Shown: positions 16,849 through 24,349, counted from the stretch's first letter. The stretch: DNA of 24,588 bases from Candidatus Thorarchaeota archaeon (GCA_048884785.1 JBHLQM010000026.1:15169-39756); one strand, 5' to 3'. The notes: generated by a model from the sequence alone, not told the origin. A program made the numbers and translations.

Positions 16849-17570
16849 TCAGGACCGAACGCACGCAGCTCCCGTATTAGCGAGTCAAGAGAACTGATCT
16901 TGCATACAGCCAGCGGTATACGCATCTGCTCTGATAATTCAGTTGCAAGTCGATCTAGCTTTCCAACGCCGTGCAGTATGACAAGTGTCGGTTTGAACTC
17001 TTGTGACTTTATCGCAATCATTGGTGCTCGTCCAGTGTTCACATTAGTGAAGATTAAGCATCGTTCAGTAGTGGCACCAAATAGCTTGAGAAATGCATCG
17101 CTATCAAGTTCCCTCACTGCCCGCTCAACATCAACAAGTGTGTATCCATAGATTTCCTTGTCAAGATAGTCCTCTCCACTCTTGACAGTGCATTTTAGTC
17201 GATTGCAGAACTCGCGACTGGTCATACTTGTTGAGAAATCACTCATCGCCAAGACGATATTGAGGTCAACAAGACTGACATCCATGAGACGAACGAAAGC
17301 CGATATTACCTGTCCACCATTCCGTTCATCAAGTGCTAGTAATGCCATAACAAAGCGGCGAATTGTAGAAGTTCCTGGGGACTTTCTCCTTCCGGACTCG
17401 TAATCACTTATCACACTTGGGCTAATATCAAGATAGTCAGCCAGTACAATTTGGGGAAGTCTGAATCTTTCTCTCCATACACGCATGGTTTGCCCAGGTT
17501 GGTCTGATAGTGCAATCTCTCCTGCAATACGACGGGCTAGCCGTTCTCTAACAGAAGATTGTACTGACAT
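16845..17570 (-). CDS. Archaeal XRE-family HTH transcriptional regulator (COG1709-like)
   Basis: 'RIAGEIALSD.PG.TMR.WRE.F...Q..LA..L.ISPSVISDYESGRRKSPG', then 'IYGYT', 'T.ER.LIFTNV.TGR.PMIAI'. Confidence 0.85.
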   Translation of the reverse strand: MSVQSSVRERLARRIAGEIALSDQPGQTMRVWRERFRLPQIVLADYLDISPSVISDYESGRRKSPGTSTIRRFVMALLALDERNGGQVISAFVRLMDVSLVDLNIVLAMSDFSTSMTSREFCNRLKCTVKSGEDYLDKEIYGYTLVDVERAVRELDSDAFLKLFGATTERCLIFTNVNTGRAPMIAIKSQEFKPTLVILHGVGKLDRLATELSEQMRIPLAVCKISSLDSLIRELRAFGPD

Positions 17571-17573
17571 GAT

Positions 17574-17620
17574 ACGGCATTAGCCGAACATAAGATGATA
17601 AAGATTTCGACTATTGCCGA
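17574..17620. promoter_or_regulatory. Two imperfect palindromes flanking the putative TATA box of the XRE regulator
   Basis: ACGGC-ATTA-GCCGA (17574-17587) and TCGAC-TATT-GCCGA (17607-17620), 33 bp apart, with minus-strand TTTATC at 17597-17602 between them. Confidence 0.45.
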
Positions 17621-17675
17621 TTGAATGTTCGACTGGAAAAGCCAATCCAAAGCAATTGATGATAGGGGGCCTCAA

Positions 17676-18539
17676 TCAAATCCGGATGTCTTTCGGATAA
17701 CGATTTTCAATCCAATAGGCATAACCCTCTTCTGAACATCCAATATTGTCTATGTTTTCCAAGATATGTACATCAACTTCAGGGAAGTGCTTTGTCAGAA
17801 GGGTCTTCATTGATTGTAAACCGTATCTCTCACTAATGTAATGGTTTATTCCTATCAAAGTCACACCCACTTCTCGAGCAATGGTTTCAACAACCCAGTT
17901 AGGGTCTGATGAAATCAAAGTGTCTACACCGAGATCAGCCATCTCTATAATCATCTGATCCACAAACCCTCCTCCAGGAATATAGCCAATTCTGGATGAC
18001 TTACATTGGGGATTGATGATGACAGAGGGATCAACATTCATCACGGTGAGCCTTTTCACCAAGTTGTCAATTGGAATCTCATGATTGACAATTGCACCAA
18101 GATTCTTGATAGCGTGTCCACGATAAGTCAAATCAACTTTCTGAAAATCGCTTCTTGAAAGCCCAAAAGCCCTCAGAAAAGAGTCCCCAATTCCACCAGG
18201 CATAATATCCCATCCAAGATGGAAATTGAATATGCTGTATCTGTCCTTCCGAGCTTGGTCTAGCATTGTTGAGTATATTCGATTCTTATGTGTAGATATC
18301 TTGTGATGCGTTATTACTAAACTATCTTCAGGAATAAGAGAAAAGTTCAGGGGATCCGGATTAATCACTAAGAAAATTGAATCTATGTTCTCTACGGATT
18401 TGACTTCATACCCAAGATGATCGAAGTCATAGAGCTGGGTACGGCTCTCAAGAAACTCAACGACAGTGTCAGACCGAATGAAATTCCTATCTTTGTCCCT
18501 TTTGAATTCTTGATGATAATCCATTGTTTGACTCAGCAT
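17676..18539 (-). CDS. NIF3/YbgI-like (GTP cyclohydrolase I type 2 homolog) dinuclear metal-binding protein
   Basis: Metal motifs ITHH, HLGWD, PGGG, ISSD, NHYISE.YG. Confidence 0.75.
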   Translation of the reverse strand: MLSQTMDYHQEFKRDKDRNFIRSDTVVEFLESRTQLYDFDHLGYEVKSVENIDSIFLVINPDPLNFSLIPEDSLVITHHKISTHKNRIYSTMLDQARKDRYSIFNFHLGWDIMPGGIGDSFLRAFGLSRSDFQKVDLTYRGHAIKNLGAIVNHEIPIDNLVKRLTVMNVDPSVIINPQCKSSRIGYIPGGGFVDQMIIEMADLGVDTLISSDPNWVVETIAREVGVTLIGINHYISERYGLQSMKTLLTKHFPEVDVHILENIDNIGCSEEGYAYWIENRYPKDIRI

Positions 18540-18552
18540 TATTTATTTCTAC

Positions 18553-18599
18553 TATATATTGGACATCCAATATATATAAACATATTGGACGTCCAATAT
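18553..18599. promoter_or_regulatory. Tandem palindromic operator-like sites flanking a TATA box in the NIF3/acr3 divergent region
   Basis: TATATATTGGA-CA-TCCAATATATA (18553-18576) and perfect ATATTGGACGTCCAATAT (18582-18599). Minus-strand TTTATATA lies between/overlapping them. Confidence 0.7.
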
Positions 18600-18636
18600 T
18601 TTCCTAGGGGAGAGTAGTCTGCCTAAAAATTTAATA

Positions 18637-18652
18637 ATCGGAATTATTCGAT
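18637..18652. promoter_or_regulatory. Putative ArsR operator upstream of acr3
   Basis: ATCG-GAATTATT-CGAT immediately downstream of AAAA-TTTAATA (BRE/TATA-like). Confidence 0.55.
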
Positions 18653-18695
18653 AAACAGAATAATAGCGTGTGATTATTTCTGAGATGTGGTAGCA

Positions 18696-19793
18696 ATGAG
18701 TACCCCCGTTCCGGGTGCCAAAAGGCCAAGACAAGGTCTCAGCACCCTAGACAAACTTCTTCCCCTCTGGATTTTACTTGCTATGGTAATTGGAGTTTTT
18801 CTTGGCTATTTGGTGCCGGGACTTGCTGATGCACTGAATTATTGGAGTATAGGAACAATCTCAATACCGATTGCAATAGGACTTCTCTGGATGATGTATC
18901 CAGTGCTGGCAAAAGTGAAGTATGAGGAAATTGGCAAGTTGAAGAGGGAGTCTAGGATGTTCGGGGTTTCATTAGCTCTAAACTGGATAATAGGACCATT
19001 CTTGATGTTCACTCTCGCTTGGATGCTCCTTTTCGATTTACCAGAATACCGGATCGGTTTGATTCTGGTAGGACTTGCACGATGTATTGCCATGGTTCTA
19101 ATCTGGAATATGATGGCAGGTGGATGCAGTGAGTCATGTGCAGTGCTTGTTGCCCTAAACTCGATTTTTCAAATAATCATGTACAGTTTTGAGGCCTGGT
19201 TCTTCATAACCTACTTACCCTCAATCATATCTCCCGGAGCGGGTTCCATTGTTGAGGTTTCAATCATTGAGATTGCATGGAGCGTAATAATTTTCCTTGG
19301 AGTTCCTCTTGCGGCAGGATTCATTACGAGGATGACTCTAATTAAGAAACGTTCTAAGGAATGGTATGATTCTGAATTCGCACCAAAACTGGGGCCATAC
19401 GCCCTGATTGGCTTGCTCTTTACAATAGTTGTAATGTTCTCTCTAAAGGGTGATGTTATCGTTGCATTGCCTTTCGATGTGCTAAGAATCTCAATCCCGC
19501 TGCTACTATATTTTGTAATAATGTTCTTGGTAGCATTTGGGCTCTCTTACGCCATGAAATTCAATTATGATAAGAATGTGACAATATCATTCACGGCTGC
19601 AAGTAATAACTTCGAACTGGCAATCGCAGTCGCCATTGGTGTATTTGGAATTGGCTCGGGCCAAGCCCTCGCAGCAGTTGTTGGTCCTCTAATTGAGGTT
19701 CCTGTATTAGTTGGGTTAGTCTATGTATCGCTATGGCTTGGTCGCAAGTTTTACGGGCGCAGTCCTGAAGATGCAGTCCAGTGCGATGCGTAA
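18696..19793 (+). CDS. acr3: ACR3-family arsenite efflux transporter
   Basis: LDK.LPLWI, MMYPVLAKV.Y, LNWIIGPFLMF, GLARCIAMV (conserved Cys), VALNSIFQ, SNNFELAIAVA, GPLIEVPVL. Start ATG 18696 (GTG 18687 possible). Confidence 0.96.
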   Translation: MSTPVPGAKRPRQGLSTLDKLLPLWILLAMVIGVFLGYLVPGLADALNYWSIGTISIPIAIGLLWMMYPVLAKVKYEEIGKLKRESRMFGVSLALNWIIGPFLMFTLAWMLLFDLPEYRIGLILVGLARCIAMVLIWNMMAGGCSESCAVLVALNSIFQIIMYSFEAWFFITYLPSIISPGAGSIVEVSIIEIAWSVIIFLGVPLAAGFITRMTLIKKRSKEWYDSEFAPKLGPYALIGLLFTIVVMFSLKGDVIVALPFDVLRISIPLLLYFVIMFLVAFGLSYAMKFNYDKNVTISFTAASNNFELAIAVAIGVFGIGSGQALAAVVGPLIEVPVLVGLVYVSLWLGRKFYGRSPEDAVQCDA

Positions 19794-19839
19794 GCTCCTA
19801 GGATGAGTTTTGCTTACGTAATAATGGAAAAACTGATAT

Positions 19840-19855
19840 ATCGAAATAATCCGAT
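19840..19855. promoter_or_regulatory. Putative ArsR operator upstream of the HdrA-N/ferredoxin/DGC operon
   Basis: ATCG-AAATAATC-CGAT directly after GGAAAAA-CTGATATA (BRE/TATA-like). Nearly the reverse complement of the site at 18637. Confidence 0.55.
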
Positions 19856-19873
19856 AATTCGAACGATAGTGGG

Positions 19874-20257
19874 ATGGTTTTGATGAGATCGGAAAACCCT
19901 GCATTCATCATGTGTGTTTGCACAGGAAAATGCCCGGGATTTGAAAGGATGGATATTTGGGATTTCATTAACACAGTCCGAATGACGCTTCCTGTTCAGC
20001 ATGGCATAATTCACCCTCAATTGTGTGAAGCCGATGGTGATCGGTATCTGGAGAGTGTGCTAAAATCTGGGCAAAAGGTCTTCATTGGTGGATGTGCTCC
20101 AGCGATGCAATACAAGCTCTTTCGTGATGCCTTTCAAAAATCTGGTCTTAATGTGAGGGAGGATTTAGTCCCTATTGATATTAGGAACATGACTACCGAA
20201 GAGGCGGTTGATATGGTATTAGAGGAGTTGAGGCGACATGGGTATGATGTCGAGTAA
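19874..20257 (+). CDS. Stand-alone heterodisulfide reductase subunit A N-terminal-like Cys-rich domain
   Basis: 'CVCTGKC', 'QLC..DG', 'IGGCAP....KLFR......GLN.......IDIR' mirror the HdrA N-terminal pattern (CxC...MCS..GQ...aCSP....FR....GLN...NIR). No FAD-binding domain. Confidence 0.7.
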   Translation: MVLMRSENPAFIMCVCTGKCPGFERMDIWDFINTVRMTLPVQHGIIHPQLCEADGDRYLESVLKSGQKVFIGGCAPAMQYKLFRDAFQKSGLNVREDLVPIDIRNMTTEEAVDMVLEELRRHGYDVE

Positions 20258-20546
20258 GACAGGGTCAAGTACGACCTTTATGGGTGTTGAGAGAAAGAAG
20301 ATACCTTGGTGGCCCAGTATTGATTCGGAAGACTGTGATGGCTGCAACGGTGAATATGATTGCCTGAAGTTTTGTCCTCACGGCGTGTTCAAGCCGCTTG
20401 AGAATACCATTAGAATCTCAGTTGAGAACAAGTACAATTGCGTGGTCTTTTGTCAGGCTTGTAGCAAGATGTGCCCCAAGAGTGCAATTTCATTCCCATC
20501 AAAATCAGATATTCTCAAACTCATCAAGACTGAACGAGCAAAGTGA
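20238..20546 (+). CDS. 2x[4Fe-4S] ferredoxin
   Basis: CDGC-x5-CLKFCP and CVVFCQACSKMCP. Start may be ATG 20244 or 20247. Confidence 0.88.
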   Translation: MGMMSSKTGSSTTFMGVERKKIPWWPSIDSEDCDGCNGEYDCLKFCPHGVFKPLENTIRISVENKYNCVVFCQACSKMCPKSAISFPSKSDILKLIKTERAK

Positions 20547-20557
20547 GGTAGCATGAA

Positions 20558-21394
20558 ATGGGGCGAAAATACATTCTTCCATGCGCAGGGTATGATCGTC
20601 CGGGCGGTGAGCTTTCAAGGGTCTTAGCAGAGCGTATTGTAAAGACTAGTAATGACGTTGTGATAGGAAGCATGGGCGCATTGTTTAGTGAACGGCCTGG
20701 AGAAATGCGTGACTACAGGACATCGGATATTATTTGTCTAAACGGGTGTAGCACCAACTGTGCATCCGAACTTGCACGACAGCGTGGAAAGAATGATCTC
20801 ACGATTATCTCCATTCCTGAAATCAGTGACCCGCTTGAGGCTTTTGAAGAAAAAGTAAAGCGGCTGGCGGAAACAGTGGAAGAAATCATGGAAAGGATGT
20901 CTTCGAAGGCGACCACTGAAATCACCGTGGATTCTTCGTCTGCATTTGAGTACTTCGAAGAAAAATTCGACAAGTTCGTACTCAGAGTAGCCAAGAACCA
21001 CAAATACTCTGATAATGACTTCTGGGTACGAGTCGAAGGAGAGAGTGTTCGGATTGGAGCTTCTGACTTCCTCCAACAGATGATGTCTGACGTGTACTTT
21101 GTGGATCTTGCCGAGCCCGGTACTCATGTGGATATGTTTGACGATGCAGGTGCAATGGAATCAACCAAGATTCTAGTAGAGATTATTGTTCCGGTATCAG
21201 GTACGATCGTCGAATCAAATGAGTCACTTGTGGATAGTCCCGAACTCATCAATGAGAGCCCGTATGACAGGGGGTGGTTGTATCTCCTAAAGCCCGATGA
21301 TCTCGATGAACTTGAAATATTGAGAGATTCACAAGATTACATGACATATGCTCTAGACAAGGCACGAACTGAAATTGGGAAAAAGGTGGTGTAA
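20558..21394 (+). CDS. Fusion of a DGC-like Cys-rich domain and a glycine-cleavage-H (lipoyl carrier) domain
   Basis: N-terminus: 'ILPCAG', 'ICLNGCSTNCA'. C-terminus: 'YSDNDFWVRVEG..VRIG.SDF.Q', 'MESTK' (lipoyl-Lys position), 'PVSGTIVESN..L...PELINESPYD.GWL'. Confidence 0.85.
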   Translation: MGRKYILPCAGYDRPGGELSRVLAERIVKTSNDVVIGSMGALFSERPGEMRDYRTSDIICLNGCSTNCASELARQRGKNDLTIISIPEISDPLEAFEEKVKRLAETVEEIMERMSSKATTEITVDSSSAFEYFEEKFDKFVLRVAKNHKYSDNDFWVRVEGESVRIGASDFLQQMMSDVYFVDLAEPGTHVDMFDDAGAMESTKILVEIIVPVSGTIVESNESLVDSPELINESPYDRGWLYLLKPDDLDELEILRDSQDYMTYALDKARTEIGKKVV

Positions 21395-21781
21395 ATGAAA
21401 AGAAAAGTAGTGGTCCCATGCAGTGGAATTGGAAAGGCTTTCGGTGCAGTTGCGCGAGAAGCAGTATATCAATTAACGGATTTAGAGCACTCAGAAAGCT
21501 ACATGACAATCTGCCTTCCGCTGTTAATGACCGACGATAATGAATCAAAGCAGATCATTCGAGAGTCTGATGTATATGCCATTGATGGATGTCCTAAGAA
21601 ATGCGCATCAGTACTTGTTGCACATGCAGGGGGGAATCTGGCCATGGAATTAATGGTTCCAACAATTTTGGCGCAAAATAGAACACACAAACCAGAAACT
21701 GTGCTCGACATAGGAGAAGGTGGAAGGCTCTTGGCAGAGGACATCAAGGAGATAATCTTGAAAGGAGGAGGAAAGGAGTAG
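21395..21781 (+). CDS. DGC-domain putative zinc-binding protein
   Basis: VVPCSGIG, TICLP, AIDGCPKKCA. ATG directly abuts the upstream stop. Confidence 0.85.
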   Translation: MKRKVVVPCSGIGKAFGAVAREAVYQLTDLEHSESYMTICLPLLMTDDNESKQIIRESDVYAIDGCPKKCASVLVAHAGGNLAMELMVPTILAQNRTHKPETVLDIGEGGRLLAEDIKEIILKGGGKE

Positions 21782-22185
21782 TGTCATTTACACCAAAGGT
21801 AGGTCTGATCTCCTGTAGTGGTGAAGCGTGTTCCGGGGGCAATATTTCAAGGGCTGCAACACTCGAAGTGCTGCACCACCTGAAACCAGGCGAAACAGTT
21901 ACAATATGTCTCCCTCTCTTCTTGGCAGGAGATAAGTCAGAGCGAGAGTTCGCTAGGCACTTCCCCACAGTTACAATAGATGGGTGCAATAAGCTATGTG
22001 CTGCAAAAGGTACTGCAAAATACAGTAGTGAACCTGCCGTGAAAATCAATCTAGAGGATTACGCAGGGACTGCTTGTACGAATTCCAACGAACGGTGGAA
22101 GATTCACGAGAGCGCGAATATCGTTGCCAAAATTGCAAAGGACATTGCAGAGCATGTAGATTTGTTAAGAGAAAAATGGAAGTGA
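21781..22185 (+). CDS. DGC-domain putative zinc-binding protein (extra Cys)
   Basis: ISCSGEAC, TICLP, TIDGCNKLCA. GTG start overlaps the upstream TAG, with GGAGG upstream. Confidence 0.85.
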   Translation: MSFTPKVGLISCSGEACSGGNISRAATLEVLHHLKPGETVTICLPLFLAGDKSEREFARHFPTVTIDGCNKLCAAKGTAKYSSEPAVKINLEDYAGTACTNSNERWKIHESANIVAKIAKDIAEHVDLLREKWK

Positions 22186-22190
22186 TAGAA

Positions 22191-22469
22191 ATGAGTAGTA
22201 AAGTTCCGGTAATGGTGTTTATGGCAGTAGGAGTGTGCGGTTGTAGTCAAACAGGCTTTCTGGGTCGAGTCTATGACGCCGTAAGGAAACATAGAGACTA
22301 TGTGGACTATAAGGAGTATTCAGCTGACAGTGAAACCGCAAAGAGGTTTGGAATAGGGTATCGTGGCGTGGTTGTCGGCACCATATCACTAGGAAGCAAT
22401 CCTACAGCAGGCAGGATTGAAGAAGCAATCCACACAGAGCTGGAGAAGATGGGCATAAAGGCTCAGTGA
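22191..22469 (+). CDS. Small thioredoxin-fold-like protein with a CxC motif
   Basis: 92 aa from ATG 22191: beta strand, 'GVCGCS', helix, then 'AKRFGI...GVVVG', which resembles small redox-active disulfide or ArsD-like folds. Confidence 0.55.
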   Translation: MSSKVPVMVFMAVGVCGCSQTGFLGRVYDAVRKHRDYVDYKEYSADSETAKRFGIGYRGVVVGTISLGSNPTAGRIEEAIHTELEKMGIKAQ

Positions 22470-22651
22470 GGCTTGAACACCATTGCAAGTTGGCGGATTG
22501 CAGAGCCATATATAGAAACATTGATTTATCGAGATATTCAATGAAGAGATAACGATGGAAATGTGTCTAAGACAATGAGCCAACATGGATGCAGCTTGAC
22601 TGTATGCAAAAAAAGTGTGTTCGATTGGTGTCTAATGACTCTAAAATCTGC

Positions 22652-22667
22652 ATTGAACATAGTCAAT
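22652..22667. promoter_or_regulatory. Putative ArsR autoregulatory operator
   Basis: (C)ATTG-AACATAGT-CAAT(G), with the same N8 spacing as the sites at 18637 and 19840, about 60 bp upstream of the arsR ATG. Confidence 0.45.
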
Positions 22668-22725
22668 GGATTGGAAAAATGGGGACATTCCTTCGGTTAG
22701 AATTTGGAAACGTGGTGCGATTATA

Positions 22726-23019
22726 ATGAAGAGCGACAAGCAAACGGATTGGATAGCTCACTTTCATAAAGCTCTCAGTAATCCTGAAAGATTGAAGATT
22801 GTGGAATTCCTAGCTAATGGTGAGCAGTGCCAGTGTGATATTTTCCCTCAAATTGGGATGTCTCAATCCACGGTTTCTTCATACCTCACCCAAATGGTAA
22901 GAGCGGGCATTCTAACATTCAGAAAAGATGTGACTAGAAAAATCTATAGTATTAGTAACCCACGAATTCGTAAACTGATTGAAGATGTTCGTGAAATAGC
23001 TGCTGATATGACAAGTTGA
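22726..23019 (+). CDS. arsR: ArsR/SmtB-family repressor with an alpha3 As(III)-type site
   Basis: 'KALSNPERLKIVEFL', 'EQCQCDI' (compare ELCVCDL), 'SQSTVS..L..M..AGIL...K......YSI'. Likely start ATG 22726. Confidence 0.88.
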   Translation: MKSDKQTDWIAHFHKALSNPERLKIVEFLANGEQCQCDIFPQIGMSQSTVSSYLTQMVRAGILTFRKDVTRKIYSISNPRIRKLIEDVREIAADMTS

Positions 23020-23125
23020 TTCTCTTTCCGGCTCAGAATTGTAGAACAGTCCTTTTGCAATTAGAATGAGAATCACGCGAATTAACAAATGTGTTCAGAT
23101 TTTCAATGAAGAATACGGATTTGGC

Positions 23126-24349
23126 TTACATTCGTGTGGGCTGTGCCTGACTATCTTTTGCTGTGATTCTATCAAGGGCTGATATAGCCCGTTGCCGTAT
23201 GAGGTCACTTTCGTTCAGCTTCATTTTTTCCAAGATGGGGACTGCTCTCTTATCGGCAATCAGACTCAAGGCCTCAATAGCTAATGTCTTTGTGTTTGTA
23301 TTCTGTTGGGATATCGCTGATGCAAAGCTATCAATTGACCTGGGATGACTCGTACCAATGGATTTCATCGCTTGTTGAAAGAAGTCTCCCGAATCTTCAG
23401 TTTCAAGTTTTTCAATCAAATACGGAACTGATGCGGATCCGATAGCAGCAAGTCCAGTGACTGCCTCATTCTGAACTGTTGTATCGAAATCATCAAGTAA
23501 GTGGATTAGAAATGGTATGCTGTTTTTGTGTGCAATTATACCCAATCCTCTTGCACACGCCTGTCGGACCCAAGGATATTCGTCTGATGCTGCTCTTCGC
23601 AAGTATGGTTCAGACCTTCTATCTCCGATACTACCCAGAGTATTTGCTGCTTCGGCTCTCAGACCGGAATTTGATCCTGTCAAATAGAGTATTTCTCTCA
23701 GAACCCTTCTAGTATTGGGCAGACAGTTAATGAAGGAAACTCTCTCTGGAAGGACTTCACCATCTAATTCTATTCGATTCGCTGCGACATCTGCTTCTAG
23801 AAAATCAAAGAATTCGATTGCGTGACTCTTCCAATTCTTTTGTCTTACCTTACTCGTTAATAGGTTGAATCCATAGTATGTCGAGGCTAGAAGGTCTAAT
23901 GTGATCTCTTTCCTCGTCAGGGTTTCTATCTCACTCCTTCTGGCATCAATGATTCGATTGACAAGAATGGCGGCTTGGGTTTCTCCAAGCTTTTCAATAT
24001 CAATGAAGAAAGTATTATTCCGTTCTATTTGTTTCTCCAGCTCATGAAGAGCGTAGTCCACCAAGTCTGTTTCCATTCTGTCAATAGAGCATTCTTCTAG
24101 AGCTCTGAGCAAGTGCAATGGTTCAATGTCTAGACAATAATATTCAGGTATATTCAGACCATCAAGAAGGAGGGTTTTCAAAACGCCCCAACGACAAAGA
24201 TTCTTTTGTAAGGCAGATTGGACGAATCTAACCACTGATGGTAGTTGATTTTTGCATATGGCAGTTTCAATACAGCTCTTTAGTGCTGTAGAAGATCGGT
24301 GATGTAATGATTGCTGTAGGTCATGTATTAGGGTATCTGACGGTTCCAC
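23126..24349 (-). CDS. HEAT (PBS-lyase-like) repeat protein
   Basis: Repeats LRAEAANTLGSIG, VRQACARGLGIIA, VQNEAVTGLAAIG, TKTLAIEALSLIA, IRQRAISALDRI. N-terminal half uncharacterised. Confidence 0.8.
   Translation of the reverse strand: MEPSDTLIHDLQQSLHHRSSTALKSCIETAICKNQLPSVVRFVQSALQKNLCRWGVLKTLLLDGLNIPEYYCLDIEPLHLLRALEECSIDRMETDLVDYALHELEKQIERNNTFFIDIEKLGETQAAILVNRIIDARRSEIETLTRKEITLDLLASTYYGFNLLTSKVRQKNWKSHAIEFFDFLEADVAANRIELDGEVLPERVSFINCLPNTRRVLREILYLTGSNSGLRAEAANTLGSIGDRRSEPYLRRAASDEYPWVRQACARGLGIIAHKNSIPFLIHLLDDFDTTVQNEAVTGLAAIGSASVPYLIEKLETEDSGDFFQQAMKSIGTSHPRSIDSFASAISQQNTNTKTLAIEALSLIADKRAVPILEKMKLNESDLIRQRAISALDRITAKDSQAQPTRM

Noticed and set aside
18553-18599. Mini CRISPR array
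   Set aside because: Only two short AT-rich palindromes a few bp apart, with no spacer-sized gap and no cas genes.
20558-21394. Calling this gene canonical gcvH of a glycine cleavage system
   Set aside because: It is fused to a DGC domain and no P, T or L protein genes are nearby, so the symbol was withheld.
22074-22190. CxxC...CxxC-containing N-terminal extension of the 22191 ORF
   Set aside because: It overlaps the DGC gene in another frame. ATG 22191, just after the stop, is the more plausible start.
19874-23019. Selenocysteine (UGA read-through) in the Cys-rich redox operon
   Set aside because: The motif Cys positions are read as sense codons within open frames, the TGA codons fall at natural C-termini, and I saw no convincing SECIS element.
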